Positions 55,975 to 64,000 of a DNA stretch of 64,000 bases are shown here, in pieces (within the stretch, counting starts at the first letter, position 1; every line of letters starts with the position of its first letter). Source of the DNA: Oceanospirillaceae bacterium UBA1126 (GTDB lineage Bacteria; Pseudomonadota; Gammaproteobacteria; Pseudomonadales; Balneatricaceae); the NCBI GenBank assembly GCA_002312935.1, contig DCAT01000059.1, positions 2,789 to 66,788 of the forward strand. The letters are read 5' to 3'. The notes below the pieces were generated by a model that was not told the origin of the DNA, did no database searches, and was given only the letters and a program-made list of their open reading frames with translations. Both the position numbers and the translations under genes were made by a program.

Positions 55975-56619
55975 TTAACCTTCAATAATGCCTTGCAAAA
56001 TTGCAAATTGGACAATATTAGCTGTGGTTTTTAGCTTAAGTTTTTTCATTACATTGGCACGATGGCTATGGATGGTTTTATGGCTTAAATTCATATCTTC
56101 ACCTATTTCGACCGCCGTGCGCCCTTCCGCTATCATTGAAAAAATTTGGAATTCTCTTGCGGTCAGTCGGTTGATTGAACTCTCTTCTGCGCCAGGTGTT
56201 TTACTCATCTCGCGAATAACCTGACTAGTGATGAAAGTACCGCCGCTATGAACACTCCGAATAGCGCTAATCAGTTCTTGTGGTACACAACGTTTGCTTA
56301 AATAACCTTTAGCGCCAGCTTTTAGGACGCGGGTAGGGAAAGGTTCAGTTTCATGGACCGTAAGCGCAATAATTTTGATTTTCGGATTCCGCTTACAGAG
56401 ACGCGAAATTGCTTCTAACCCACCAATACCAGGCATATTGATATCCATGATAATGATGTCTGGCCTCAGCTCATGCGCTAAATTGTAAGCATCTTCTCCG
56501 CTGCTTGCCTCTGCTATTACGTCAATATCGCTAGTAGTCTCAATTAAACGCTTAAAGCCAACGCGGACAATTTCATGGTCATCAACTAACAATACTGAAA
56601 TTGAATGCCTATTAGCCAT
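55975..56619 (-). CDS. NarL/LuxR-family response regulator, UvrY/GacA-like receiver domain
   Basis: LVDDH, MDINMPGIGGLEA, EPFP..VL.AGAKGY, LTARE HTH. Confidence 0.85.
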   Translation of the reverse strand: MANRHSISVLLVDDHEIVRVGFKRLIETTSDIDVIAEASSGEDAYNLAHELRPDIIIMDINMPGIGGLEAISRLCKRNPKIKIIALTVHETEPFPTRVLKAGAKGYLSKRCVPQELISAIRSVHSGGTFITSQVIREMSKTPGAEESSINRLTAREFQIFSMIAEGRTAVEIGEDMNLSHKTIHSHRANVMKKLKLKTTANIVQFAILQGIIEG

Positions 56620-56624
56620 TTGAG

Positions 56625-57176
56625 CTACATTCCTTTTTTGAGTTGAGACCATGCCGCTGATAGATATAACATCATAGACCACAAAGTAAGGGCTGCTGCA
56701 GCGTATAGCATGATTAACCCAAGAGTTGAAATAAGTGTACCAGGAGGTGTGGCCAATAAGAAAACGATAGAACCCATTTGCATGGTCGTTTTTACTTTAC
56801 CAATATAAGACACTGCCACATGAGCACTTTTACCTGTTTCTGCCATCCATTCGCGTAAAGCAGAAATGACTATTTCTCTACTAATAATGATAATTGCAGG
56901 AACAGTTAACCACAGCTCCGAATAGGATTCAACCAACACTACCAAGGCAACGGCTACTGTTACTTTATCTGCAACGGGGTCTAAAAATGCCCCAAACGGG
57001 GTCGTTTGATTGAGTTTTCTTGCTAGAAATCCATCTAGCCAATCTGTAGCAGCAGCCAAGGCGAATAGCCCAGATGCCCATAAGAAACGACTTTCTGAAG
57101 GCCAGTAATAGGCAACCAAAATGAAGGGGATTAACACCAAGCGAAAAAGTGTTAGCAAATTAGGAATATTTAACAT
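56625..57176 (-). CDS. pgsA: CDP-diacylglycerol--glycerol-3-phosphate 3-phosphatidyltransferase
   Basis: NIPNLLT..R, TDWLDGFLAR, GAFLDPVADK, ISALREWMA. Confidence 0.96.
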   Translation of the reverse strand: MLNIPNLLTLFRLVLIPFILVAYYWPSESRFLWASGLFALAAATDWLDGFLARKLNQTTPFGAFLDPVADKVTVAVALVVLVESYSELWLTVPAIIIISREIVISALREWMAETGKSAHVAVSYIGKVKTTMQMGSIVFLLATPPGTLISTLGLIMLYAAAALTLWSMMLYLSAAWSQLKKGM

Positions 57177-57222
57177 AATCAATCATTTGGTATAGTAGAG
57201 GTGTTTGAGACATCATTCTAGC

Positions 57223-59067
57223 CTATCCTTCTTCGCCCCGTAAAGAACGATAAATGGTATCTGCCATATCAGCGCTAATACCCTTCACTTTAGCCAACTC
57301 ATCAACGCTAGCTTTGGTTAAATCTTGCATACCACCAAAGTGAGTAAGTAAAGCTTGGCGACGTTTTGGACCTACCCCATCTATCTGTTGAATATTTGAT
57401 TGGGTACGTTTTTTATTCCTTCTTGCTCTGTGGCCGGTGATGGCGAACCTATGGCTTTCATCCCTTATATGTTGCAATAGATGAAGCGCTGAAGAATCAT
57501 CAGGTAAGGCTATTTCTTCGCCTGTCCAACCATTAAATAAACGCTCAAATCCGGCTTTTCGAGTATCGCCTTTTGCTACTCCTAAAACATAAAGGTCTTG
57601 TAGCTGAAGCTCTGACAGCACCTGTATCGCTTGAGTAATTTGCCCCTTACCGCCATCAACAATTAGCAAATCAGGCATAACACCATGATTCTCCTTTAAT
57701 CGGGTATAGCGACGCGTAATGGCTTGTGACATTGCTGCGTAGTCATCACCTGGAGTTATTCCTTCAATATTAAAAGTCCTGTAATCAGCTTTTTTGGGGC
57801 CACCTTGGTCGAATACAACACACGAGGCGACTGTCGCCTCTCCGCTGGAGTGACTGATGTCAAAACATTCAAGGCGCTCTGGCATTTGTGGCAAATCTAG
57901 TGCTTCTTGAAGGGCAGCAAAACGAGCAATTTGTGTTTGCTTATTAGCTACGTAACTAAGCAGTGCCTGATCTGCGTTGGTCTGAGCGAGTCTTAGCCAT
58001 TGAGCCCTAGGCCCTCTTACATTACTAATGATCTTGAATCCATGTTCAGCCCGCTCGGCAATGGTTAATGCTATAGCTTGCTGAGCTTCTTGTGCATCGC
58101 TCACAAGCACCTCATCAGGTATGTCACGATACTGACCAGATAAATAGTACTGGCCCAAGAAGGCAGTGAGAACAGCAGATTTTTCTTCTTCCAATCCTAT
58201 TTTTGGATAAAAGTTTTTACTACCAATAACCCGGCCTGAGCGGACCATAAGTTGATGAATACATAATCCAGCATTAGAACTTGCCGCCGCAAATACATCT
58301 AGATTTCCCCGTTTGGAGACCACATGTTGCTGCTCCTGAACCTGCCTTAAGAATCCGAGTTGGTCTCTAAGTTGGGCTGCAGACTCAAACTTAAGTTGCT
58401 GTGCTGCCACATTCATTTGCTCACTTACTTCATCCAGTAACTGTTTGTTTTTGCCTTCCAGGTATAACGTAGCGTGGCGAAGGTCTGCTGCATAGTCTTC
58501 TGGGGTAATTTCTCCCGTGCAAGGTCCGCTGCATCGACCAATTTGAAACTGTAAACATGGGCGTTGGCGGTTAGCAAAAAAGGCATCTTCGCATTGGCGT
58601 ATACGAAAAATACGCTGCATTAAGTTGAGGCTTTCCCTTACCGCTCCAGCACTCGTGTAAGGTCCAAAAAAGCGCCCCTTGCGTTTTTTTCCACCCCGTA
58701 CATATTGCATTGCAGGAAAGTCATGCTGATCTGAGATGTAAAGGTAGGGATAGGATTTATCATCCCTAAGGGAAATATTATAGGGCGGCTTGAGGCGCTT
58801 TATAAGCGTATTTTCTAACAGCAAGGCTTCACTTTCGCTGTGGGTTAACGTCACTTCGATGGACATTACCTTAGACACCATTACCTGCGTCTTAGTGTTA
58901 TGGCTTTTGCCCCTGAAGTAGCTTGTCACTCTATTTTTTAGATTAACCGCTTTACCAACGTAAATTACCTCACCAGCAGCGTCGAACATGCGGTACACAC
59001 CTGGGCGCAGCGGTAACTGTTTGAGGTATTCATCAATATCAAAAAGTGTGTGGTTATCCTGAGACAT
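57223..59067 (-). CDS. uvrC: Excinuclease ABC subunit C
   Basis: PGVY, YVGKA.NLK.RV.SYF, ECFDISH, VDGGKGQ, RDESHRFA, HhH motifs. Confidence 0.97.
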   Translation of the reverse strand: MSQDNHTLFDIDEYLKQLPLRPGVYRMFDAAGEVIYVGKAVNLKNRVTSYFRGKSHNTKTQVMVSKVMSIEVTLTHSESEALLLENTLIKRLKPPYNISLRDDKSYPYLYISDQHDFPAMQYVRGGKKRKGRFFGPYTSAGAVRESLNLMQRIFRIRQCEDAFFANRQRPCLQFQIGRCSGPCTGEITPEDYAADLRHATLYLEGKNKQLLDEVSEQMNVAAQQLKFESAAQLRDQLGFLRQVQEQQHVVSKRGNLDVFAAASSNAGLCIHQLMVRSGRVIGSKNFYPKIGLEEEKSAVLTAFLGQYYLSGQYRDIPDEVLVSDAQEAQQAIALTIAERAEHGFKIISNVRGPRAQWLRLAQTNADQALLSYVANKQTQIARFAALQEALDLPQMPERLECFDISHSSGEATVASCVVFDQGGPKKADYRTFNIEGITPGDDYAAMSQAITRRYTRLKENHGVMPDLLIVDGGKGQITQAIQVLSELQLQDLYVLGVAKGDTRKAGFERLFNGWTGEEIALPDDSSALHLLQHIRDESHRFAITGHRARRNKKRTQSNIQQIDGVGPKRRQALLTHFGGMQDLTKASVDELAKVKGISADMADTIYRSLRGEEG

Positions 59068-59073
59068 AATAAA

Positions 59074-59316
59074 TTAACTAACAAGCCTTGAGCGTTTGTT
59101 TTCGCTCATATGAAAGTGTGTCGCTTGTTTATAAATCTCATCAATTTGCTCATTACTTTCTTGGGTAATGCCTGCACCATGAGACAAAGAAACTTCTAGA
59201 TAGACGCCTATTTCAGCATAGTAATACAACCGGGCGTTAAATGACTGAGCGCGCCGCATCTTATTAAACGCAATTCGAGCCCCGTTTACAAGAATGTGAT
59301 TAATGTCTGTATTCAT
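59074..59316 (-). CDS. Hypothetical protein, 80 aa
   Basis: Clean ATG ORF filling the gap, ending 6 nt before the uvrC start; no recognised motif. Confidence 0.6.
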   Translation of the reverse strand: MNTDINHILVNGARIAFNKMRRAQSFNARLYYYAEIGVYLEVSLSHGAGITQESNEQIDEIYKQATHFHMSENKRSRLVS

Positions 59317-59457
59317 AATTCAAGTTAACTATATACAGTGGTTAATCCTCTATTCTACCTTATCTTACCTATCTCGACTGCCCATCTTTTAGTCTAAATC
59401 AATATTCTACGCAACATTTTTTTGGGTTATACTAACTCACTTTTGCAAGGCATAAAT

Positions 59458-60009
59458 ATGACAATAACATACGCTGAAGCCGTGTCGGTTCACGAACAAG
59501 CCGATTTATTAGTAAGTGGTGAAACCATCGCGGCGAGCATTGACACAATGGCAGCCGAAATTACTGCCACTTTGTCAAAGGAAATGCCAATAGTCCTGTG
59601 TGTACTTAATGGCGGTATGATTCCCATGGCGCAACTTTTGCTAAAGTTGCAATTCCCACTAGAAACAGACTACCTTCATGCCACGCGGTACGGTAAAAAA
59701 ACGGTTGGCACTAATCTTTCTTGGCTGGCTCGCCCTAGCATAGACATTAGCGGCCGCACGGTGCTTGTGGTAGACGACATCTATGATGAAGGCCATACTC
59801 TTGCGGCTATTTGCGAATATTTAAAAGAAGCTGGTGCGAAAAAAGTTTATGCAGCAGCCTTATTAAACAAAGTCCATGAACGTAAAGTAGACTATGTGCC
59901 AGATTTTATCGGGCTTGATGTTGAAGATCGCTTTGTTTATGGTTTTGGTATGGACTACCAAGGTTATTTCCGTAATGTTGATGGCATTTATGCTGTTAAA
60001 GATATGTAA
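59458..60009 (+). CDS. hpt: Hypoxanthine-guanine phosphoribosyltransferase
   Basis: VLVVDDIYDEGHTL PRPP-binding loop, YLHATRY, FVYGFGMDY. Confidence 0.9.
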   Translation: MTITYAEAVSVHEQADLLVSGETIAASIDTMAAEITATLSKEMPIVLCVLNGGMIPMAQLLLKLQFPLETDYLHATRYGKKTVGTNLSWLARPSIDISGRTVLVVDDIYDEGHTLAAICEYLKEAGAKKVYAAALLNKVHERKVDYVPDFIGLDVEDRFVYGFGMDYQGYFRNVDGIYAVKDM

Positions 60010-60017
60010 ATACTTTT

Positions 60018-60065
60018 ATAAGACAACAAAAAAGGCAGCCAAGGCTGCCTTTTTTGTTGTCTTAT
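60018..60065. terminator. Bidirectional terminator between hpt and ppiD
   Basis: Perfect 23-bp inverted repeat ATAAGACAACAAAAAAGGCAGCC-AA-GGCTGCCTTTTTTGTTGTCTTAT. Confidence 0.88.
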
Positions 60066-60081
60066 TTAAGCTCGTAAAAGC

Positions 60082-61965
60082 TTAAAAGGTCTCTATTACT
60101 GCCTGATCACTAAGTGAGTTCTCGAGTAATTTCATATCACCTTGGCCCTGCATTCGAGTTAACGTTGCCATCAACGACAAGCGCTGCTCTGCAGTTTGCT
60201 CTTCAGGGTTTGCATCAGCCACGCTTTGTAACTGAATGATACTTACATCGCCAGTGAAGCTTGGCGCTATGCCATAGCTGACACCAGACTCTGGCCGAGG
60301 CAAACGGAATGCAGATTGGACGAGCAAACCATTAACTAAGGTTGAACCACGAGCCACTTCATTGAACTGTTGCACAGCTATATTTTCGGTGGCGGCAATA
60401 AACATCATGTCAGCACCATTATTTAGCTTTTCTAGATAAGCTTTAGCCTTAATGTCTAGGGCTTCAGAAGACTTTTGAGAAACCAGCTGTTTGGTAATAT
60501 CTGCTTTCACATCAGCAATCGGCTGTTGCGATGGCTTGTTATGTTGCTTGACCCGAATGACTACCAACTTATCAGAAGCTAACTCTAGTACACTGGAGTT
60601 GTTACCTTGCAATAGCACATCATCAGTAAAGGCAGCAGCAACTACTCGGTCATAGTTCGCAATACCTTCACCGCCTTGACGACCAAATAATGAACTAGTT
60701 TCTACACTTAAACCTAGGGCTTCAGCAACTTCTAATAAATCAGGTGAGGAGAAAGCAATATCCGCCATCTCTTCGCTAGCAGCAACAAATAAATTCTCTG
60801 CCCCAGCCTGCTTTAGGGATAGTTTTAGAGCTTGCTTCTGTTCTTCAAAGCTTGGCTGATCTGTTGCATCTTGTGCATGAGCATAGACAATTTGCACACC
60901 AAACTCAGTCACTACAGGAGCACTATAGCTTCCAGGTTGCAACTCAAACAATACCTTATCAAAAGCTGCACCAAACTCACCTCTGGCCAACATACCAATG
61001 TAACCGCCATCAGAGGACGTACTATCATCCTGCGAATACTCTTTCGCTGCGTCGGTAAAGTCTTGACCTAGCTCAAGTTGATTGTATGCAACGTTGGCTA
61101 GCTCTAATGCCTGCTCCTCAGTCTGAGAGTCATTGACTAAAAACAACATGTGCGACGTTTCAATATCGGCCTGCTCAGAAGCTGCCTGTTGTGCCTCAAG
61201 GTAAGCCACTTCTAGGTCTTCGTCAGTCACTTCTATCTGGTTATAGAAGTGACTCTTATTTAACATAACAAAATTAACACTTAGGTTTTCTGGCGTCATA
61301 AACCTTTGACCGTTATCTGAATAATAGGCATTAATATCCTCTTCTTCAACAGAAACATTAAGCATTTCTGACGCTAACGGTAGGGTCATCACAGCAATGT
61401 TACGAGTTTGGCCATCTAACCGAGCCACTAGGTTAGCGCTAGGTTCCAAAGTGAACGCAGTATTTGCCACAGCCTGTTGAACTTGGCCTATCAGATTGCC
61501 ACGCTTAAGCTGTTGACGATAAGTTGTAGGTGTTAAACCAAAGTTCCTTAACAAGGATTCAAATAGTTCACGATTAAATTCGCCATCAACTTGAAAATCG
61601 TTTGACTGAACAATCATTTGATCAACTGATGCATCAGATAAAGCCAAATCATTACCTTGGGTGTACTGAAGCATCACTCGTTGAGCAATAAGCTGCTGCA
61701 ACGCCGTTGCTTGAATGGCTTGTTGGTCCAGTGTTACCGGATCTATATCTGGATTACTCAATAGAACTTGGCGACGCTGCAGTTCTGCAGTTTGCAGTAA
61801 CTCTTGCAGGCTAATCTCTTCACCGTTGACCTCTGCAGGCGCACTATTGTCAGCTGAGAGACTAAATAATGATTCTGCTCCCCAAATTACAAAGGTAAAG
61901 GCAATGAGGCTTACCAAAATTTTGGATATAATGCCTTTTGAATTGTCACGAATATTTTGTAGCAT
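60082..61965 (-). CDS. ppiD: Periplasmic chaperone PpiD (SurA-N plus rotamase)
   Basis: MLQNIR + TM anchor, VNGEEI, FQVDGEF, YSQD..T...GG; downstream of hupB. Confidence 0.88.
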   Translation of the reverse strand: MLQNIRDNSKGIISKILVSLIAFTFVIWGAESLFSLSADNSAPAEVNGEEISLQELLQTAELQRRQVLLSNPDIDPVTLDQQAIQATALQQLIAQRVMLQYTQGNDLALSDASVDQMIVQSNDFQVDGEFNRELFESLLRNFGLTPTTYRQQLKRGNLIGQVQQAVANTAFTLEPSANLVARLDGQTRNIAVMTLPLASEMLNVSVEEEDINAYYSDNGQRFMTPENLSVNFVMLNKSHFYNQIEVTDEDLEVAYLEAQQAASEQADIETSHMLFLVNDSQTEEQALELANVAYNQLELGQDFTDAAKEYSQDDSTSSDGGYIGMLARGEFGAAFDKVLFELQPGSYSAPVVTEFGVQIVYAHAQDATDQPSFEEQKQALKLSLKQAGAENLFVAASEEMADIAFSSPDLLEVAEALGLSVETSSLFGRQGGEGIANYDRVVAAAFTDDVLLQGNNSSVLELASDKLVVIRVKQHNKPSQQPIADVKADITKQLVSQKSSEALDIKAKAYLEKLNNGADMMFIAATENIAVQQFNEVARGSTLVNGLLVQSAFRLPRPESGVSYGIAPSFTGDVSIIQLQSVADANPEEQTAEQRLSLMATLTRMQGQGDMKLLENSLSDQAVIETF

Positions 61966-62015
61966 TGTGTATGGCTTCTACAGCCTTGCTGGCTGACTAT
62001 TAAGATTCTACAAAC

Positions 62016-62045
62016 AAAAAACGCATTCAAAGGAATGCGTTTTTT
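62016..62045 (-). terminator. Terminator of hupB
   Basis: AAAAAACGCATTC-AAAG-GAATGCGTTTTTT. Confidence 0.82.
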
Positions 62046-62108
62046 CGAAACTACGGGTTAACTCCCAAAAGGAGATAATTAAAAGCCCATAGATTAAAAG
62101 ATTCAGTC

Positions 62109-62381
62109 TTAGTTGACTGCGTCTTTAAGCGCTTTACCAGCTTTGAAGCTAGGAATGTTAGCAGCAGCAATTTGGATTGCAGCTCCTGTTTGTGGGTTAC
62201 GACCTGTACGAGCTGCGCGAGCCTTTACAGAGAAGGTACCAAAACCCACTAAAGAAACAGATTCACCATCTTTAAGAGCACCTGTTACAGCACCAATAAC
62301 TGCATCTAGCGCACGGCCAGCCGCAGCTTTTGAAAGATCAGCTTCCGCTGTGATGGCTTCAATCAGTTCAGATTTATTCAC
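62109..62381 (-). CDS. hupB: DNA-binding protein HU
   Basis: [24 protein letters not shown]; lon-hupB-ppiD synteny. Confidence 0.96.
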   Translation of the reverse strand: MNKSELIEAITAEADLSKAAAGRALDAVIGAVTGALKDGESVSLVGFGTFSVKARAARTGRNPQTGAAIQIAAANIPSFKAGKALKDAVN

Positions 62382-62536
62382 GTTAATCCCCTTATGTGTG
62401 TAAAAAATTTTATCTGCTCCAGCAGACTTTTTTTGTTATATCGTACTATGTTCAGCTCTAAAAACCGAAGTACAATTTATACCAACTTGTTCAAAGGCTT
62501 GTCAAGTAAGGCTTTGAATTAATTCGGCCTTCAGCG

Positions 62537-64000
62537 CTAATGAGTGCTAATAGCATCGCTATTGCCCGTATCACTGGCTTTGTCAACCACCAATTCACCC
62601 TCATTTCGTACAAGAGGAGTGGGTGCGAATTGTAAAGCTAAATCAAGCACTTCGTCTATCCATTTTACAGGTTTTATTGATAAATCTGCTTTTATATTGT
62701 CAGGGATCTCTTTTAAGTCTCTTTCATTCTCTTCTGGAATAATAATTGTTTTAATTCCACCCCGGTGAGCAGCCAATAACTTTTCTTTTAATCCACCAAT
62801 AGGCAGCACCTGCCCACGCAAAGTAATTTCTCCAGTCATAGCCACATCTGCTCTCACAGGAATCCCTGTGAGAACTGAAACTAACGCTGTACACATGCCA
62901 ACACCGGCGCTTGGTCCATCTTTAGGTGTAGCGCCCTCAGGTACATGAATATGAATATCAGACTTTTCGTGGAAATCTGTTTTTATACCTAACCCAGACG
63001 CCCGGCCACGGACTACAGTTAAGGCTGCCTGAATAGACTCTTGCATAACATCACCAAGAGACCCTGTTTTCACCAAGCGTCCCTTACCTGGCACTACAGC
63101 CGACTCAATGGTTAATATATCACCACCTACTGACGTCCAAGCTAAGCCATTAACATGTCCCACACGATCATCCGCATCAGCTTGACCAAAACTGTGCTTA
63201 CGTACACCAGAATATGCCTCTAGATTACTAGAGTCTACTTTCTGTGCTGGGCTATCAATGGCTGTTTTATAACCTGCTAGCAAATGAGCTTTAACCACTT
63301 TACGGCAAATCTTTGCAATCTCTCGCTCTAAGCTGCGCACCCCTGCTTCGCGGGTGTAGTAACGCACCAAATCAACAATCGCGTCATCTTTTAGCGCCAA
63401 CTCGGTAGGAGATAAACCATTAGCGGCAAGTTGCTTAGGCAGCAAATAACGTTTGGCAATGCTTAACTTTTCATCTTCTGTGTATCCTGGGATCCGAATC
63501 ACTTCCATTCGGTCTAGCAATGGCCCCGGAATATTCATTGAGTTTGCAGTGCAAACAAACATTACACTGGATAAATCATAGTCTACTTCTAGGTAGTGAT
63601 CGTTAAACGTATTGTTTTGTTCTGGGTCCAGCACTTCCAATAACGCAGACGCTGGGTCTCCGCGGCTATCCATTCCCATTTTGTCGATTTCGTCTAATAA
63701 GAATAGTGGGTTTGAAACACCTACTTTAGACATTTTCTGAACTAACTTGCCTGGCAAAGAGCCTATATAGGTCCGGCGATGGCCACGAATTTCTGCCTCA
63801 TCCCTAACACCACCTAAAGCCATACGCACGTATTGCCGACCTGTAGCCCTAGCAATAGACTTACCTAAAGACGTTTTACCCACCCCCGGTGGACCAACTA
63901 AACAGAGTATAGATCCTTTCACTTTTTTAACACGCTGCTGAACGGCCAAGTATTCTAAGATCCGTTCTTTGACTTCAGACAAACCGTAGTGATCTTCTTC
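62537..64000 (-). CDS. lon: Lon protease, 3' part; gene starts beyond the window end
   Basis: [25 protein letters not shown] catalytic Ser, PIGGLKEK. Confidence 0.97.
   Translation of the reverse strand, partial: EEDHYGLSEVKERILEYLAVQQRVKKVKGSILCLVGPPGVGKTSLGKSIARATGRQYVRMALGGVRDEAEIRGHRRTYIGSLPGKLVQKMSKVGVSNPLFLLDEIDKMGMDSRGDPASALLEVLDPEQNNTFNDHYLEVDYDLSSVMFVCTANSMNIPGPLLDRMEVIRIPGYTEDEKLSIAKRYLLPKQLAANGLSPTELALKDDAIVDLVRYYTREAGVRSLEREIAKICRKVVKAHLLAGYKTAIDSPAQKVDSSNLEAYSGVRKHSFGQADADDRVGHVNGLAWTSVGGDILTIESAVVPGKGRLVKTGSLGDVMQESIQAALTVVRGRASGLGIKTDFHEKSDIHIHVPEGATPKDGPSAGVGMCTALVSVLTGIPVRADVAMTGEITLRGQVLPIGGLKEKLLAAHRGGIKTIIIPEENERDLKEIPDNIKADLSIKPVKWIDEVLDLALQFAPTPLVRNEGELVVDKASDTGNSDAISTH

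Noticed and set aside
59325-59340. LexA box upstream of the ORF80-uvrC unit
   Set aside because: Only one half-site (CTGTATATA on the minus strand); the CAG at N10 spacing is missing
62113-62403. 96-aa + strand ORF over hupB, and the many similar antisense ORFs (e.g. 1527-1922, 8923-9288, 9355-9759, 26385-26792, 39675-39992, 46109-46441)
   Set aside because: They lie antisense within well-identified genes and have the Ser/Pro/Thr-rich composition of codon-bias shadow frames

Overview
Core-chromosome segment of a Gammaproteobacterium. Gene content and order resemble Pseudomonas/Oceanospirillales-type marine bacteria, and GC is roughly low-40s % by eye. It contains about 65 housekeeping CDS and no rRNA, tRNA, CRISPR array, integrase or transposase that I can see. 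Main blocks: selD-mnmH-frmA-fghA-DUF2185-ybfF-glycosyltransferase operon; DUF599-PaaI-PaaI-htpG; xthA/gor; nfuA; DAHP synthase; dsbD-cysB; pabB; GntR-prpB-prpC-acnD-prpF methylcitrate operon; mnmA-hflD-purB-roxA; icd; clpS-clpA; aat-bpt-infA; ftsK-lolA-rarA-crcB-serS; yccA-tusDCBE; hspQ; uvrC-pgsA; hpt; lon-hupB-ppiD. A canonical XerCD dif site at 54663-54690 places the window across the replication terminus. Best leads: (1) a bacterial homologue of the animal tRNA-queuosine mannosyltransferase (GTDC1/QTMAN, DUF3524) closing an operon with the tRNA-selenation genes selD-mnmH; (2) a small module around dif made of a divergent XRE regulator, a consensus LexA box, a YebG-like gene and an EamA transporter; (3) apparent ATC/ATT start codons for crcB and bpt; (4) an unannotated 59-aa Lys-rich ORF; (5) a rearranged uvrC locus with a divergent UvrY-like regulator. 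All family calls are from motif recognition by eye, not database searches.
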